Shown: positions 34,209 to 41,267 of the stretch, piece after piece
Numbering within the stretch: the first letter of the stretch is position 1
How the letters are laid out: every line of letters starts with the position of its first letter
Virus record (IMG/VR): IMGVR_UViG_3300047163_000028
Span: 1-42,968 of that record
DNA length: 42,968 bases
Origin: a virus
Strand: one strand, 5' to 3'
Notes under the pieces: generated by a model
Told to the model about the DNA's origin: nothing
The model's input: only the letters and a program-made list of their open reading frames with translations
The model's database searches: none
Position numbers and translations under genes: made by a program

Positions 34209-34357
34209 GCGATAGACTAGAAGTAGATAAATGGAGTTTTGTAACCGAAAGTCCGAGTTGGTTTGTTTGGCGTAAAGATGGGGTCGGCTATTCTGTGTTC
34301 AAGAACCTCAATAAACATACTGGAGAAATAGTTATCAGGAGACTGACATGGATATAG
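34205..34357 (+). CDS. 50-aa hypothetical protein
   Basis: ATGA overlap with the previous gene. MSDRLEVDKWSFVTESPSWFVWRKDGVGYSVFKNLNKHTGEIVIRRLTWI. Confidence 0.45.
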   Translation: MSDRLEVDKWSFVTESPSWFVWRKDGVGYSVFKNLNKHTGEIVIRRLTWI

Positions 34358-34650
34358 ACAGCTTTGTTGAGAGCCTGTGGCTAAGAGCATTGGATTTAAC
34401 ATCTAAAGACTTTAAGTCTGAAAAGGCATATTTAACTGGTAAGGCTAACTACGAGAAACTAGCCAGACAAGCCCTACAATCCTACATAGACACTAAAGTA
34501 ATAGAGGGTAGGAAAAAGACGGCTAGTGATATTTTTAATCTAGCTCATCAATATGCTAGTGAAGATAAGACTATGAAAGGTGCTGAAGAACTTAGAAGTT
34601 ACCACTATTACAACGCTATAGCTAAGATTGGAGAATTTGATGGTCGCTGA
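34348..34650 (+). CDS. Hypothetical protein
   Basis: 100-aa ORF, co-oriented. Confidence 0.6.
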   Translation: MDIDSFVESLWLRALDLTSKDFKSEKAYLTGKANYEKLARQALQSYIDTKVIEGRKKTASDIFNLAHQYASEDKTMKGAEELRSYHYYNAIAKIGEFDGR

Positions 34651-34704
34651 ATTAAAGGAGAACGATTAGATATGAGTACATTATTTAAAGGAGAGGAGTA
34701 GATT

Positions 34705-34854
34705 ATGTCTAAAGTAGGAAAATGGTTTGATAAAGTTTTAAAGTGGCACTCACCAGATAAAAAGCCTAGAAGTTTTGATGGTATGAGTGTCCATAGTGTC
34801 TGTAAATACTGTAATAAAGAAATAATGCAGGATAGTCAGGGAGGTTGGTTTTAA
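34705..34854 (+). CDS. 49-aa hypothetical protein
   Basis: GGAGAGGAG upstream. MSKVGKWFDKVLKWHSPDKKPRSFDGMSVHSVCKYCNKEIMQDSQGGWF. Its stop abuts the next ATG. Confidence 0.5.
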   Translation: MSKVGKWFDKVLKWHSPDKKPRSFDGMSVHSVCKYCNKEIMQDSQGGWF

Positions 34855-35055
34855 ATGACCATGAAAGATAACTATAACTCTGGAGTTGTTTGCAAACATG
34901 AAACAAGTTATTTGGTTCGAGAGATGGATAATAGTTTGTATTGTCCTAACTGCGATGAAAAAGTTATTGATTATTATGACATACCACTAGTTAGAACTAA
35001 GACTTGGACAGATATTAACGGTGAACATACAGTAATACTGGAGACAACCAAATGA
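34855..35055 (+). CDS. Small zinc-ribbon protein
   Basis: 66 aa with CKHE...CPNC. The N-terminus MTMKDNYN carries the repeated start module. Confidence 0.6.
   Translation: MTMKDNYNSGVVCKHETSYLVREMDNSLYCPNCDEKVIDYYDIPLVRTKTWTDINGEHTVILETTK
34861..34877 (+). repeat. Start-module repeat copy 1: ATGAAAGATAACTATAA
   Basis: Identical 17-mer at 35052..35068. The 14-nt core AAAGATAACTATAA also occurs at 35328..35341. Confidence 0.85.
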
Positions 35056-35068
35056 AAGATAACTATAA
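35052..35068 (+). repeat. Start-module repeat copy 2: ATGAAAGATAACTATAA, opening only a 12-codon ORF
   Basis: ATGA overlap with the stop of 34855..35055. It translates to MKDNYKHGGCDV then stop (35052..35090). Confidence 0.85.
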
Positions 35069-35082
35069 ACATGGAGGTTGCG

Positions 35083-35325
35083 ATGTTTGATGATATAGAA
35101 CCAGATAGCATAAAGTTGGTTGGTCAACTAGACGAACTGAACTTGTTATTTAGACAAGGTGCAACTGCCGTTATTATTGACGGGGACTCAAGTGTTTGCA
35201 TAAAAGTTGGTGAAACAAGGTACTATTTTAACCCTGTTATTAAAGAGGAAACCTATACTGGCATGGATGATAAAACCCACAACCGTAAAATATTAAAATA
35301 TGATGGTTGGGAGAAGTCATTATGA
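35083..35325 (+). CDS. Hypothetical protein
   Basis: ORF track 35071..35325. The ATG at 35083 (MFDDIEPD) has GGAGG 5 nt upstream. Confidence 0.55.
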   Translation: MFDDIEPDSIKLVGQLDELNLLFRQGATAVIIDGDSSVCIKVGETRYYFNPVIKEETYTGMDDKTHNRKILKYDGWEKSL

Positions 35326-36008
35326 GGAAAGATAACTATAACAAGAAAATAGGCACACGAGCTAAAGTAATAATTCCAGCATTACCCCCAGATAACTATA
35401 GCTGGTTAGATAGAACTACATGTAGTCGTGGTCATGAGTTGAAAGATAATACCTATACACCGCCCAGCGGTAGTATTAGATGTAGAACATGCTTAAAAGA
35501 GGCTGATTGGAGACGCAAACACCCCGATTCACCAGAAGCGAAAGCCTTTAAACGGATTGAAAAGTCTGAAAGATACTATCCTGATAACCCCAAGCATGGT
35601 AAATATGGCACACCTGCATACGTTTCATGGATTGCTATGAAGTCTCGTTGCTATAATCCAAACAGTTTTGGTTATGAATATTATGGCGGTAGAGGAATAA
35701 AAGTTTGTGACAAGTGGCTTGAGTTCAAGGGATTTTACGAAGATATGGGTGAACGACCAGAGGGTCATACACTAGACCGCATTGACAATGATAGTGATTA
35801 TGAATTATCTAATTGTAGATGGGTTAGCAGACAGGCTCAAGCTATCAACAGACGATGTCGTAACAAGTTTGGTTATAAGGGAGTAACCAAAGTTAAGGAT
35901 AGGTATGAGTGCCGTATAACAAGAGAGGGCGTGTATATCTATTTAGGAACTTTTACTAATTTTGAGGACGCAGCCTCTATGAGTTTAGCTGCACAGGAGC
36001 AACTATGA
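35322..36008 (+). CDS. HNH homing endonuclease with a C-terminal AP2 DNA-binding domain
   Basis: GHTLDRIDNDSDYELSNCRWVSRQAQAINRR (HNH_3 type) and YKGVTKVKDRYECRITREGVYIYLGTFTNFEDAA (AP2 type). Start set at ATG 35322 (MRKDNYN), which has an ATGA overlap. Confidence 0.8.
   Translation: MRKDNYNKKIGTRAKVIIPALPPDNYSWLDRTTCSRGHELKDNTYTPPSGSIRCRTCLKEADWRRKHPDSPEAKAFKRIEKSERYYPDNPKHGKYGTPAYVSWIAMKSRCYNPNSFGYEYYGGRGIKVCDKWLEFKGFYEDMGERPEGHTLDRIDNDSDYELSNCRWVSRQAQAINRRCRNKFGYKGVTKVKDRYECRITREGVYIYLGTFTNFEDAASMSLAAQEQL
35328..35341 (+). repeat. Start-module repeat copy 3 (core AAAGATAACTATAA)
   Basis: Read directly at codons 3-7 of the HNH-AP2 gene. Confidence 0.8.
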
Positions 36009-36226
36009 ATATAACAGAGAAAGAATTAGAAATTGAGAAATTAAGGGCGACGATAAAGTCATATCAAGATGTTAACCAGTGGATAGTTGGCGAGTACAAG
36101 AAGCTAGATAGTCCAAAATATCCTATGGATGCAGCATTAGTAAGTAAACAAATTAGTAAAGGATTAGCCGACGTCACAGAAAAGTTAAAGGAATTAGAGA
36201 ACCAACCTAAACAGGATATTAAATAG
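36005..36226 (+). CDS. Hypothetical coiled-coil protein
   Basis: 73-aa ORF with an ATGA overlap with the HNH-AP2 gene. Confidence 0.6.
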   Translation: MNITEKELEIEKLRATIKSYQDVNQWIVGEYKKLDSPKYPMDAALVSKQISKGLADVTEKLKELENQPKQDIK

Positions 36227-36227
36227 T

Positions 36228-36356
36228 ATGACAAACCCATTACATATAATTACCAGAATTTACTACAAATATAAATATAAACCTATCAAGAAATATTTAG
36301 CTAGTGATGAATTTAAAAAACAACTCAAAAAGATTAAGGACTCTCATGCAGAATAA
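36228..36356 (+). CDS. 42-aa hypothetical protein ending in KDSHAE
   Basis: Hand-translated as MTNPLHIITRIYYKYKYKPIKKYLASDEFKKQLKKIKDSHAE. Its 3' end lies in repeat copy 1. The RBS is weak. Confidence 0.35.
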   Translation: MTNPLHIITRIYYKYKYKPIKKYLASDEFKKQLKKIKDSHAE

Positions 36357-36358
36357 GG
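36335..36358 (+). repeat. 24-bp perfect direct repeat copy 1: TAAGGACTCTCATGCAGAATAAGG
   Basis: Identical to 36657..36680. It contains an RBS-like AAGGA, an ATG and an out-of-frame TAA. Confidence 0.9.
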
Positions 36359-36678
36359 TAAGTAAAACTATAGTTACGAACAAACGCCTAGAACGACTAA
36401 AGTGGTATATTCATTACTTTATTGAGCATGAAATGTTACAAAGCGAGGGAGCTACTATAATACATGAATGTCCTAACTGTCATACACGCTACCCACTAAA
36501 TAACCTAAAACCTATGGCAGTTCAGCGACTAGAAGATTTTATGATTGAATTTGTTGAAACAAGCGAAATTGAAAGAGCAATACTTTGGAACATGATAGCC
36601 GAACGAACAGCATTGGCTCGCTGGGAAGATAGTGAAGAATACGACCTACCTAAAAGTAAGGACTCTCATGCAGAATAA
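36346..36678 (+). CDS. Hypothetical protein with a CxxC...H motif, bracketed by the 24-bp repeats
   Basis: ORF track 36304..36678. The ATG at 36346 (MQNKVSKT) follows AAGGA by 5 nt. The protein ends in KDSHAE, like the upstream small ORF. Confidence 0.55.
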   Translation: MQNKVSKTIVTNKRLERLKWYIHYFIEHEMLQSEGATIIHECPNCHTRYPLNNLKPMAVQRLEDFMIEFVETSEIERAILWNMIAERTALARWEDSEEYDLPKSKDSHAE

Positions 36679-36680
36679 GG
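36657..36680 (+). repeat. 24-bp perfect direct repeat copy 2
   Basis: Identical to 36335..36358, 322 bp downstream. Confidence 0.9.
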
Positions 36681-36724
36681 GGAGTAAAGAAACTAAAAGC
36701 ATTATAGAAAGGTATAAACAATGA
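36668..36724 (+). CDS. 18-codon ORF starting in repeat copy 2 (MQNKGSKETKSIIERYKQ), coupled by ATGA to 36721
   Basis: Hand-translated. It shares MQNK with the 36346 gene. Confidence 0.3.
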   Translation: MQNKGSKETKSIIERYKQ

Positions 36725-36996
36725 GCTGGGAAGAAATATCAGACATACTAACGCCTGAAGGCATTAAAAAACTGAAGGTGGGTAATGTACTAACTTTTGA
36801 TTTTGAAGGCTCTAAAACCACCCTAAAGATCATGAAGGTCCCCGGCAATGGCAATGTATGGGCTAAACAAGTTTATTTAGTGTCAGAAGAAGATATGAAC
36901 GCACATTATGGTCATAAAGTTGATGCCAGCCAAAAGACTATACAAGAACAAGGTGGTATCTGGTGTAATAGTTGTGGAAAACTTGTAGCGTCTTGA
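36721..36996 (+). CDS. Hypothetical protein
   Basis: 91-aa ORF. Its stop TGA lies inside the -35 box of promoter A. Confidence 0.6.
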   Translation: MSWEEISDILTPEGIKKLKVGNVLTFDFEGSKTTLKIMKVPGNGNVWAKQVYLVSEEDMNAHYGHKVDASQKTIQEQGGIWCNSCGKLVAS

Positions 36997-37022
36997 CAAG
37001 AACCTATGAGATATGCTAACAT
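36993..37022 (+). promoter_or_regulatory. Early promoter copy A (TTGACA-18-TAACAT) with a conserved CTATGAG spacer
   Basis: gcgtcTTGACAagaacCTATGAGatatgcTAACAT, followed by aaaggagcaacaagttATG. Confidence 0.5.
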
Positions 37023-37051
37023 CTTAAATGATAATAAAGGAGCAACAAGTT

Positions 37052-37114
37052 ATGGGAAATATAAAAGTTAAGCAGATTTCTTATTCTGTAAAAGTGAATG
37101 TGAGACAGCGTTAA
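37052..37114 (+). CDS. 20-codon upstream ORF (MGNIKVKQISYSVKVNVRQR) coupled by TAATG to the nuclease gene
   Basis: Hand-translated. It carries the conserved AAGGAGCAACAA RBS of the promoter cassette. Confidence 0.35.
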   Translation: MGNIKVKQISYSVKVNVRQR

Positions 37115-38154
37115 TGGCATTTCACGATATTAATAAGGTATTTTATAACGGCGAGAAAAAGATAATCTATCTTGATAAACCTCATATGTATTTTGTCCAA
37201 GACAGAATAAATTGGGATTTGCCAGTAGATGATGCTAAGGCATGGGGCAAGAAGACTAGACCAAAAGGCACTACTACATTACTTGATGACACCTTAGAGA
37301 AAAAAGGTTTGATGACTTGGCCACTAGGGTTAGCGTTAGGCGAACTCTTTGGCTTCTATAACTTCAAGAACAATGAAGGTGAAAAGATGATTGGATTCTC
37401 TAAAGGAGATCAACCGAATGGTTTAAAAGGTACTATATGGGGAATGCATCCGGGAGATGGAGATTATCAAGAACAACTATTACCACTTATTAAATCAGCC
37501 TCAGAAGCATGGCAACGCAAGAAACAAAAGGGAGCTGATATTGGATCAGTTGTTCACTCAGCTATAGAACATTTCATTACTGGCAAACCATTTAATGTCT
37601 TAAACGAATATACAAGCTCTGTAATGGCTGCTGAATATGAAACCCCAGCTGAGAAGGATACAGCTGTTGCAAACATTCCAGAGGACGTAGAACAAGCTGA
37701 GAAAGCATTAAAACAGTTCAAGAAATGGTGGAGCGATAAAAAGCCTACATTACTCGGTACTGAAGATCTAGTTTATTCTAAGCGTTGGAATGTTGCCGGG
37801 ACATATGATGGCCGATTAATGATGGATGGCAAAATGATTATCGCAGATTGGAAGACAAGTAATGCCAGCACTAGCCGAGAAGCCTGTGCGCCACAGGGCG
37901 TGTATTACACCTACTTTATTCAGTCTGCTATATATGCAATGATCTGGGAAGAAATGACTGGTGAATTAGCTGACGATTTGTTGATAGTGTCCTGTAGGAA
38001 AGATGGTGAGTTTGATACTAAACTAGCTAGTGAAGTTGGCTTATCAGTTGAAGACTGTATTTTATGGGCTAAATCAGTAATTTCATGTTATAGGTTTAGA
38101 GAAATAGTAAGAAAAAACTTGTGGGAACAAGGAAAAACGGCAGGTAGGGTATGA
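37114..38154 (+). CDS. PD-(D/E)XK family exonuclease (RecB/Cas4-like)
   Basis: GTYDGRLMMDGKMIIADWKTS fits the D...(D/E)xK core. It has several C-terminal Cys residues and lies beside an SSB-like gene. Confidence 0.65.
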   Translation: MAFHDINKVFYNGEKKIIYLDKPHMYFVQDRINWDLPVDDAKAWGKKTRPKGTTTLLDDTLEKKGLMTWPLGLALGELFGFYNFKNNEGEKMIGFSKGDQPNGLKGTIWGMHPGDGDYQEQLLPLIKSASEAWQRKKQKGADIGSVVHSAIEHFITGKPFNVLNEYTSSVMAAEYETPAEKDTAVANIPEDVEQAEKALKQFKKWWSDKKPTLLGTEDLVYSKRWNVAGTYDGRLMMDGKMIIADWKTSNASTSREACAPQGVYYTYFIQSAIYAMIWEEMTGELADDLLIVSCRKDGEFDTKLASEVGLSVEDCILWAKSVISCYRFREIVRKNLWEQGKTAGRV

Positions 38155-38363
38155 TCATAAAAATTATAACTGAAGTAGTAGGCTATGATGGCTGGATTGT
38201 AGAGATGCAGTTTAATGATCGCAAAGCTGCCACGTTTCGAGTAGACAATAGTAAAGATTTAGCCCCTGGAGAAATGTTTGATATAACTATCGATGCAATT
38301 GTGAAACAACTTGACTTTACGCACAGAGATTTAAATGGTAATAAATTAAAGGAGAAAAAGTAA
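38151..38363 (+). CDS. Hypothetical protein
   Basis: 70-aa ORF with overlaps at both ends. Confidence 0.6.
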   Translation: MIIKIITEVVGYDGWIVEMQFNDRKAATFRVDNSKDLAPGEMFDITIDAIVKQLDFTHRDLNGNKLKEKK

Positions 38364-39052
38364 TGTCAGAAAAAATAACACCACTAAAAACTCCAGCCTC
38401 ATCAGGCGACGGAGAATTTGAATTAGTACCAGCTGGGGTTTATCTAGCTCGCTGCTTCAAAATGATTGATCTTGGTACACAGGATACTATGTACTTAGGC
38501 AAACCATCGGGTAAAAAGCGAAAGATACAGCTTTACTGGGAACTGCTACAAGACGAAGAAGGCAACCCAGTATTTATGGAAGACGGCGAGCGAGTATTTA
38601 GTATATCTAAAGAATATACTTGGTCACTTGGCAAAAACGCTAACCTATTGGCTGACTTAAATAGTTGGCGTGGAGTTGATCTTACCAAAGAAGAAGCGGC
38701 TGATTTTGAAATAAGCAAACTTTTAGGGGTGTGTTGCAAATTGCAAGTAATGCACAAAAAGAGTAAGGATGGACAGAAAACATTTGCTAATGTGGGTGCT
38801 ATAATGACCACCACTAAAAAAGCTGATGGCGTTAATCCACTTGCATCATTTTCTATAGAAGATCCTGACATGGCTCTATTTGAAACATTCTCAGCTTATC
38901 TTCAAGATAAAATTAGAATGGCCGATGAATGGAAGCTAGAGGGTGAAATGGCTACAGGCAGTATCAGCGAAGATGGCAATATTGTTATTGACGATCTCGC
39001 AAATGATGCGCCAGTAATAACTAAAGAAGAATTAGGCAAATTGCCATTCTAG
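38363..39052 (+). CDS. DUF669-like protein (phage ssDNA-binding candidate)
   Basis: N-terminal FELVPAGVYLARCFKMIDLG...GKKRKIQLYWELL resembles DUF669 proteins I recall. It sits in a recombination gene context. Confidence 0.45.
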   Translation: MSEKITPLKTPASSGDGEFELVPAGVYLARCFKMIDLGTQDTMYLGKPSGKKRKIQLYWELLQDEEGNPVFMEDGERVFSISKEYTWSLGKNANLLADLNSWRGVDLTKEEAADFEISKLLGVCCKLQVMHKKSKDGQKTFANVGAIMTTTKKADGVNPLASFSIEDPDMALFETFSAYLQDKIRMADEWKLEGEMATGSISEDGNIVIDDLANDAPVITKEELGKLPF

Positions 39053-39054
39053 CT

Positions 39055-39417
39055 ATGGCTGAACGAAACTACTTACTTCTTAAGGCTCAACTTCAGTCTG
39101 GCAAACGCCGGGCTGATGGGAGCGTAACTATCCCTTGTGTAACAGCTGAGGAAATAGATACTGCTAAGTTTGCGGAGATAGATTATTACCGATCTCAAAA
39201 TGGATGGTTTGCATTTTTCCCTAATGAGGCTGAGGTAGATCTCACCCAAATACCAAAAGAAAACGCTAATGTTGAGGGTGGTAAAACGCCTTCACAACGG
39301 CTTAGGTCAGTTTTATATGTGCTTTACACCCAAACAAAGACCACCAAAACATTCCCTCAATTTTATGATGAGAATATGGAAAAATTTATAGACTTAATAA
39401 AGACGAAACTAGAATAA
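39055..39417 (+). CDS. Hypothetical protein
   Basis: 120-aa ORF, co-oriented. Confidence 0.6.
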   Translation: MAERNYLLLKAQLQSGKRRADGSVTIPCVTAEEIDTAKFAEIDYYRSQNGWFAFFPNEAEVDLTQIPKENANVEGGKTPSQRLRSVLYVLYTQTKTTKTFPQFYDENMEKFIDLIKTKLE

Positions 39418-39419
39418 TA

Positions 39420-39674
39420 ATGACAGACAAGCAACGTTTTGATACCCTTGGAAGGCGCATCCCTAATCGTGATTACAGCGCAAGAACTAAGAAAATTAAG
39501 GAGAAATATGGTAACGATTTCTATAACAACATTGGTACCGTGGGTGGTCGCAAGCGGACTAGGGGTTACTTTGGTTATCTCAAAGATACAGACCCGGAAA
39601 AGTTTGCCGAGTTCGAAGAAGAACAAAGGCGTAAAGCTGCCGAGACTAACCGTAAAAGGAAAAAAACTAAGTAA
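39420..39674 (+). CDS. Small highly basic protein
   Basis: 84-aa ORF. Preferred over the overlapping alternative-frame ORF 39439..39747 because its composition is more protein-like. Confidence 0.5.
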   Translation: MTDKQRFDTLGRRIPNRDYSARTKKIKEKYGNDFYNNIGTVGGRKRTRGYFGYLKDTDPEKFAEFEEEQRRKAAETNRKRKKTK

Positions 39675-39703
39675 ACACAAACTTTGGTTTGAGAAAGCTG
39701 AAA

Positions 39704-40234
39704 ATGAGCCTAAAGAGAAGCGGATTCATAAGGAGAAAAAGCAATGAGGAAACATCAGCTACAATGTGGGACAACTTTGCGGCGAAGTATGCTGAAGAAT
39801 GTCGTGATAGCGATGGACTTATCGGGTGCGGAGGAAGATTACACAGCCCTGAGTGCCCGGGTAGGCTCCCACGTCCGGATCTTCACCATAAAATCTCCAA
39901 AGCGCAGCGCCCGGACTTATACTTTAATAAACAAAATTTAATTTGGGTTTACAGGGGGTGTCATGGAATTTTGCATCAAGGGTCAGCCATTCAGCAAGGC
40001 GAACAGTCGAAGACTAGTAAGAAGGGGGAACCGAACAATCTCTATAAAGTCAGAGAAAGCTCTCCAGTACGAGGAAGCAGCCCTTTGGCAGCTGAAAACA
40101 ATAGTGGGTCGTCGCAAACCCTTTACAGTACCCGTAGCAGTAGAAATGACCATCTACTACCCCGACAAGCGACAAGACCTCGATCCGTCTTTGATACTAG
40201 ACATACTACAGAAAGCCGGGGTATACGAGAATGA
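39704..40234 (+). CDS. HNH-motif nuclease-like ORF whose 3' part runs out of frame through rusA
   Basis: LKRSGFIRRKS...CGGRLHSPECPG...DLHHKISK...NKQNLIWVYRGCHGILH is HNH-like. The conserved part ends near 39990, but no stop occurs until 40234. The ORF track starts at TTG 39689. Confidence 0.45.
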   Translation: MSLKRSGFIRRKSNEETSATMWDNFAAKYAEECRDSDGLIGCGGRLHSPECPGRLPRPDLHHKISKAQRPDLYFNKQNLIWVYRGCHGILHQGSAIQQGEQSKTSKKGEPNNLYKVRESSPVRGSSPLAAENNSGSSQTLYSTRSSRNDHLLPRQATRPRSVFDTRHTTESRGIRE

Positions 40235-40328
40235 CCGTCAAGTGCAAGAAATGCATCTTTTCCGCAGTATTGATAAGCTTAATCCTCGCACTGATATTGC
40301 GATATGGAAAATAAATGAAGATAATTAA
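39963..40328 (+). CDS. rusA: RusA-family Holliday junction resolvase
   Basis: 121 aa. The pattern KGQPFSKANS...PVAVEMTIYYPDKRQDLDPSLILDILQKAGVYENDRQV is typical of RusA. Confidence 0.75.
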   Translation: MEFCIKGQPFSKANSRRLVRRGNRTISIKSEKALQYEEAALWQLKTIVGRRKPFTVPVAVEMTIYYPDKRQDLDPSLILDILQKAGVYENDRQVQEMHLFRSIDKLNPRTDIAIWKINEDN

Positions 40329-40719
40329 TTCGCTGCCCCCGAACTACGAGGAGATTTGCTCTATTCTACCAGCTGTTAGGGATAACCCTAGGATTGTGTT
40401 CACTTATGGTGATACCATTTATATGCCTTCTGGTGAGAAAGAATTAGCTCCTGAACTTATGAAACATGAAGAAACCCACTCTGAACAGCAAGCGCTAACA
40501 ACTCCTGATAACTGGTGGAGACAGTATCTAACTGATACAAAGTTCAGATTCCACCAAGAACTAATGGCTTACCAAGCTCAGTATAAAGATGCTAAGAAGC
40601 GCTACAGTGGCAAGCACTCTAAGTTTGTTCTAAATATAATCTCTAAAGATCTGGCAAGCCCCATGTATGGAAAGCTTTTAAATACTAGAGAAGAAGCTAG
40701 AAGGTTGATAAAGTCATGA
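40315..40719 (+). CDS. HExxH zincin-like protein (DUF4157-like)
   Basis: VFTYGDTIYMPSGEKELAPELMKHEETHSEQQ parallels the DUF4157 pattern G..I.f......LLAHELTHVVQQ, from memory. Confidence 0.5.
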   Translation: MKIINSLPPNYEEICSILPAVRDNPRIVFTYGDTIYMPSGEKELAPELMKHEETHSEQQALTTPDNWWRQYLTDTKFRFHQELMAYQAQYKDAKKRYSGKHSKFVLNIISKDLASPMYGKLLNTREEARRLIKS

Positions 40720-40931
40720 AGGATAAATTTAACCAAGAAATTAACGGTGAACTTAAAAAGATTGTTCTTCACCTAATAAATGAAACCTTAGATGAAATAG
40801 AACTCCAAGAGCCCACTGACCAACAAAGACAGATATTAAATGAATTTAGCGGCAAGTTCGGCCAAAAGATTTTAGCAATGCAAATAATATTACAAGGAGA
40901 ACCAAATGGACAAAAAGCCAATAGAAAGTAG
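40716..40931 (+). CDS. Hypothetical protein
   Basis: 71-aa ORF with an ATGA overlap. Confidence 0.55.
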   Translation: MKDKFNQEINGELKKIVLHLINETLDEIELQEPTDQQRQILNEFSGKFGQKILAMQIILQGEPNGQKANRK

Positions 40932-41199
40932 AAAAGTTAAGTTATTAATGGTAAATCCGCCAGATTTTATGGCGCTATTCACTAAAGGACTAAAGGTACG
41001 TGGCGGTTGGAAGATTATTAAAGGTGTGCCAGCCGACGCAAAACTGCTAACAATAGCTTACGAACCATCTAGGAATGGTGTAATGCTAGTGGTTGAGTCT
41101 GAAGAATATGAGCCTGTTCCTAAAAATGTTACCCCTCCGATACAGATAGTGGAGATTGATATTAATGATAGACATGTTAAAAAACCAAAAGCGTCTTGA
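40906..41199 (+). CDS. Hypothetical protein
   Basis: 97-aa ORF. Its stop TGA lies inside the -35 box of promoter B. Confidence 0.55.
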   Translation: MDKKPIESRKVKLLMVNPPDFMALFTKGLKVRGGWKIIKGVPADAKLLTIAYEPSRNGVMLVVESEEYEPVPKNVTPPIQIVEIDINDRHVKKPKAS

Positions 41200-41224
41200 C
41201 AATAGCTTATGAGTGTGCTAATAT
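41196..41224 (+). promoter_or_regulatory. Early promoter copy B (TTGACA-17-TAATAT) with a conserved CTATGAG-like spacer
   Basis: gcgtcTTGACAatagcTTATGAGtgtgcTAATAT, followed by taaggagcaacaaaATG. Confidence 0.6.
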
Positions 41225-41267
41225 AGAGCTTGTCGTCGTTTATTAATTAACATTAAGGAGCAACAAA

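Noticed and set aside
31209-34402. Reverse ORFs 31209..31397 and 34217..34402
   Set aside because: They are antisense to the helicase gene and to a tightly coupled chain of forward small genes. No RBS is present.
38533-39941. ORFs 38533..38871 (-), 39363..39680 (-), 39439..39747 (+) and 39744..39941 (+)
   Set aside because: They are antisense or alternative-frame ORFs over better-supported genes (DUF669-like, the 84-aa basic protein and the HNH-like ORF). Their products are low-complexity.
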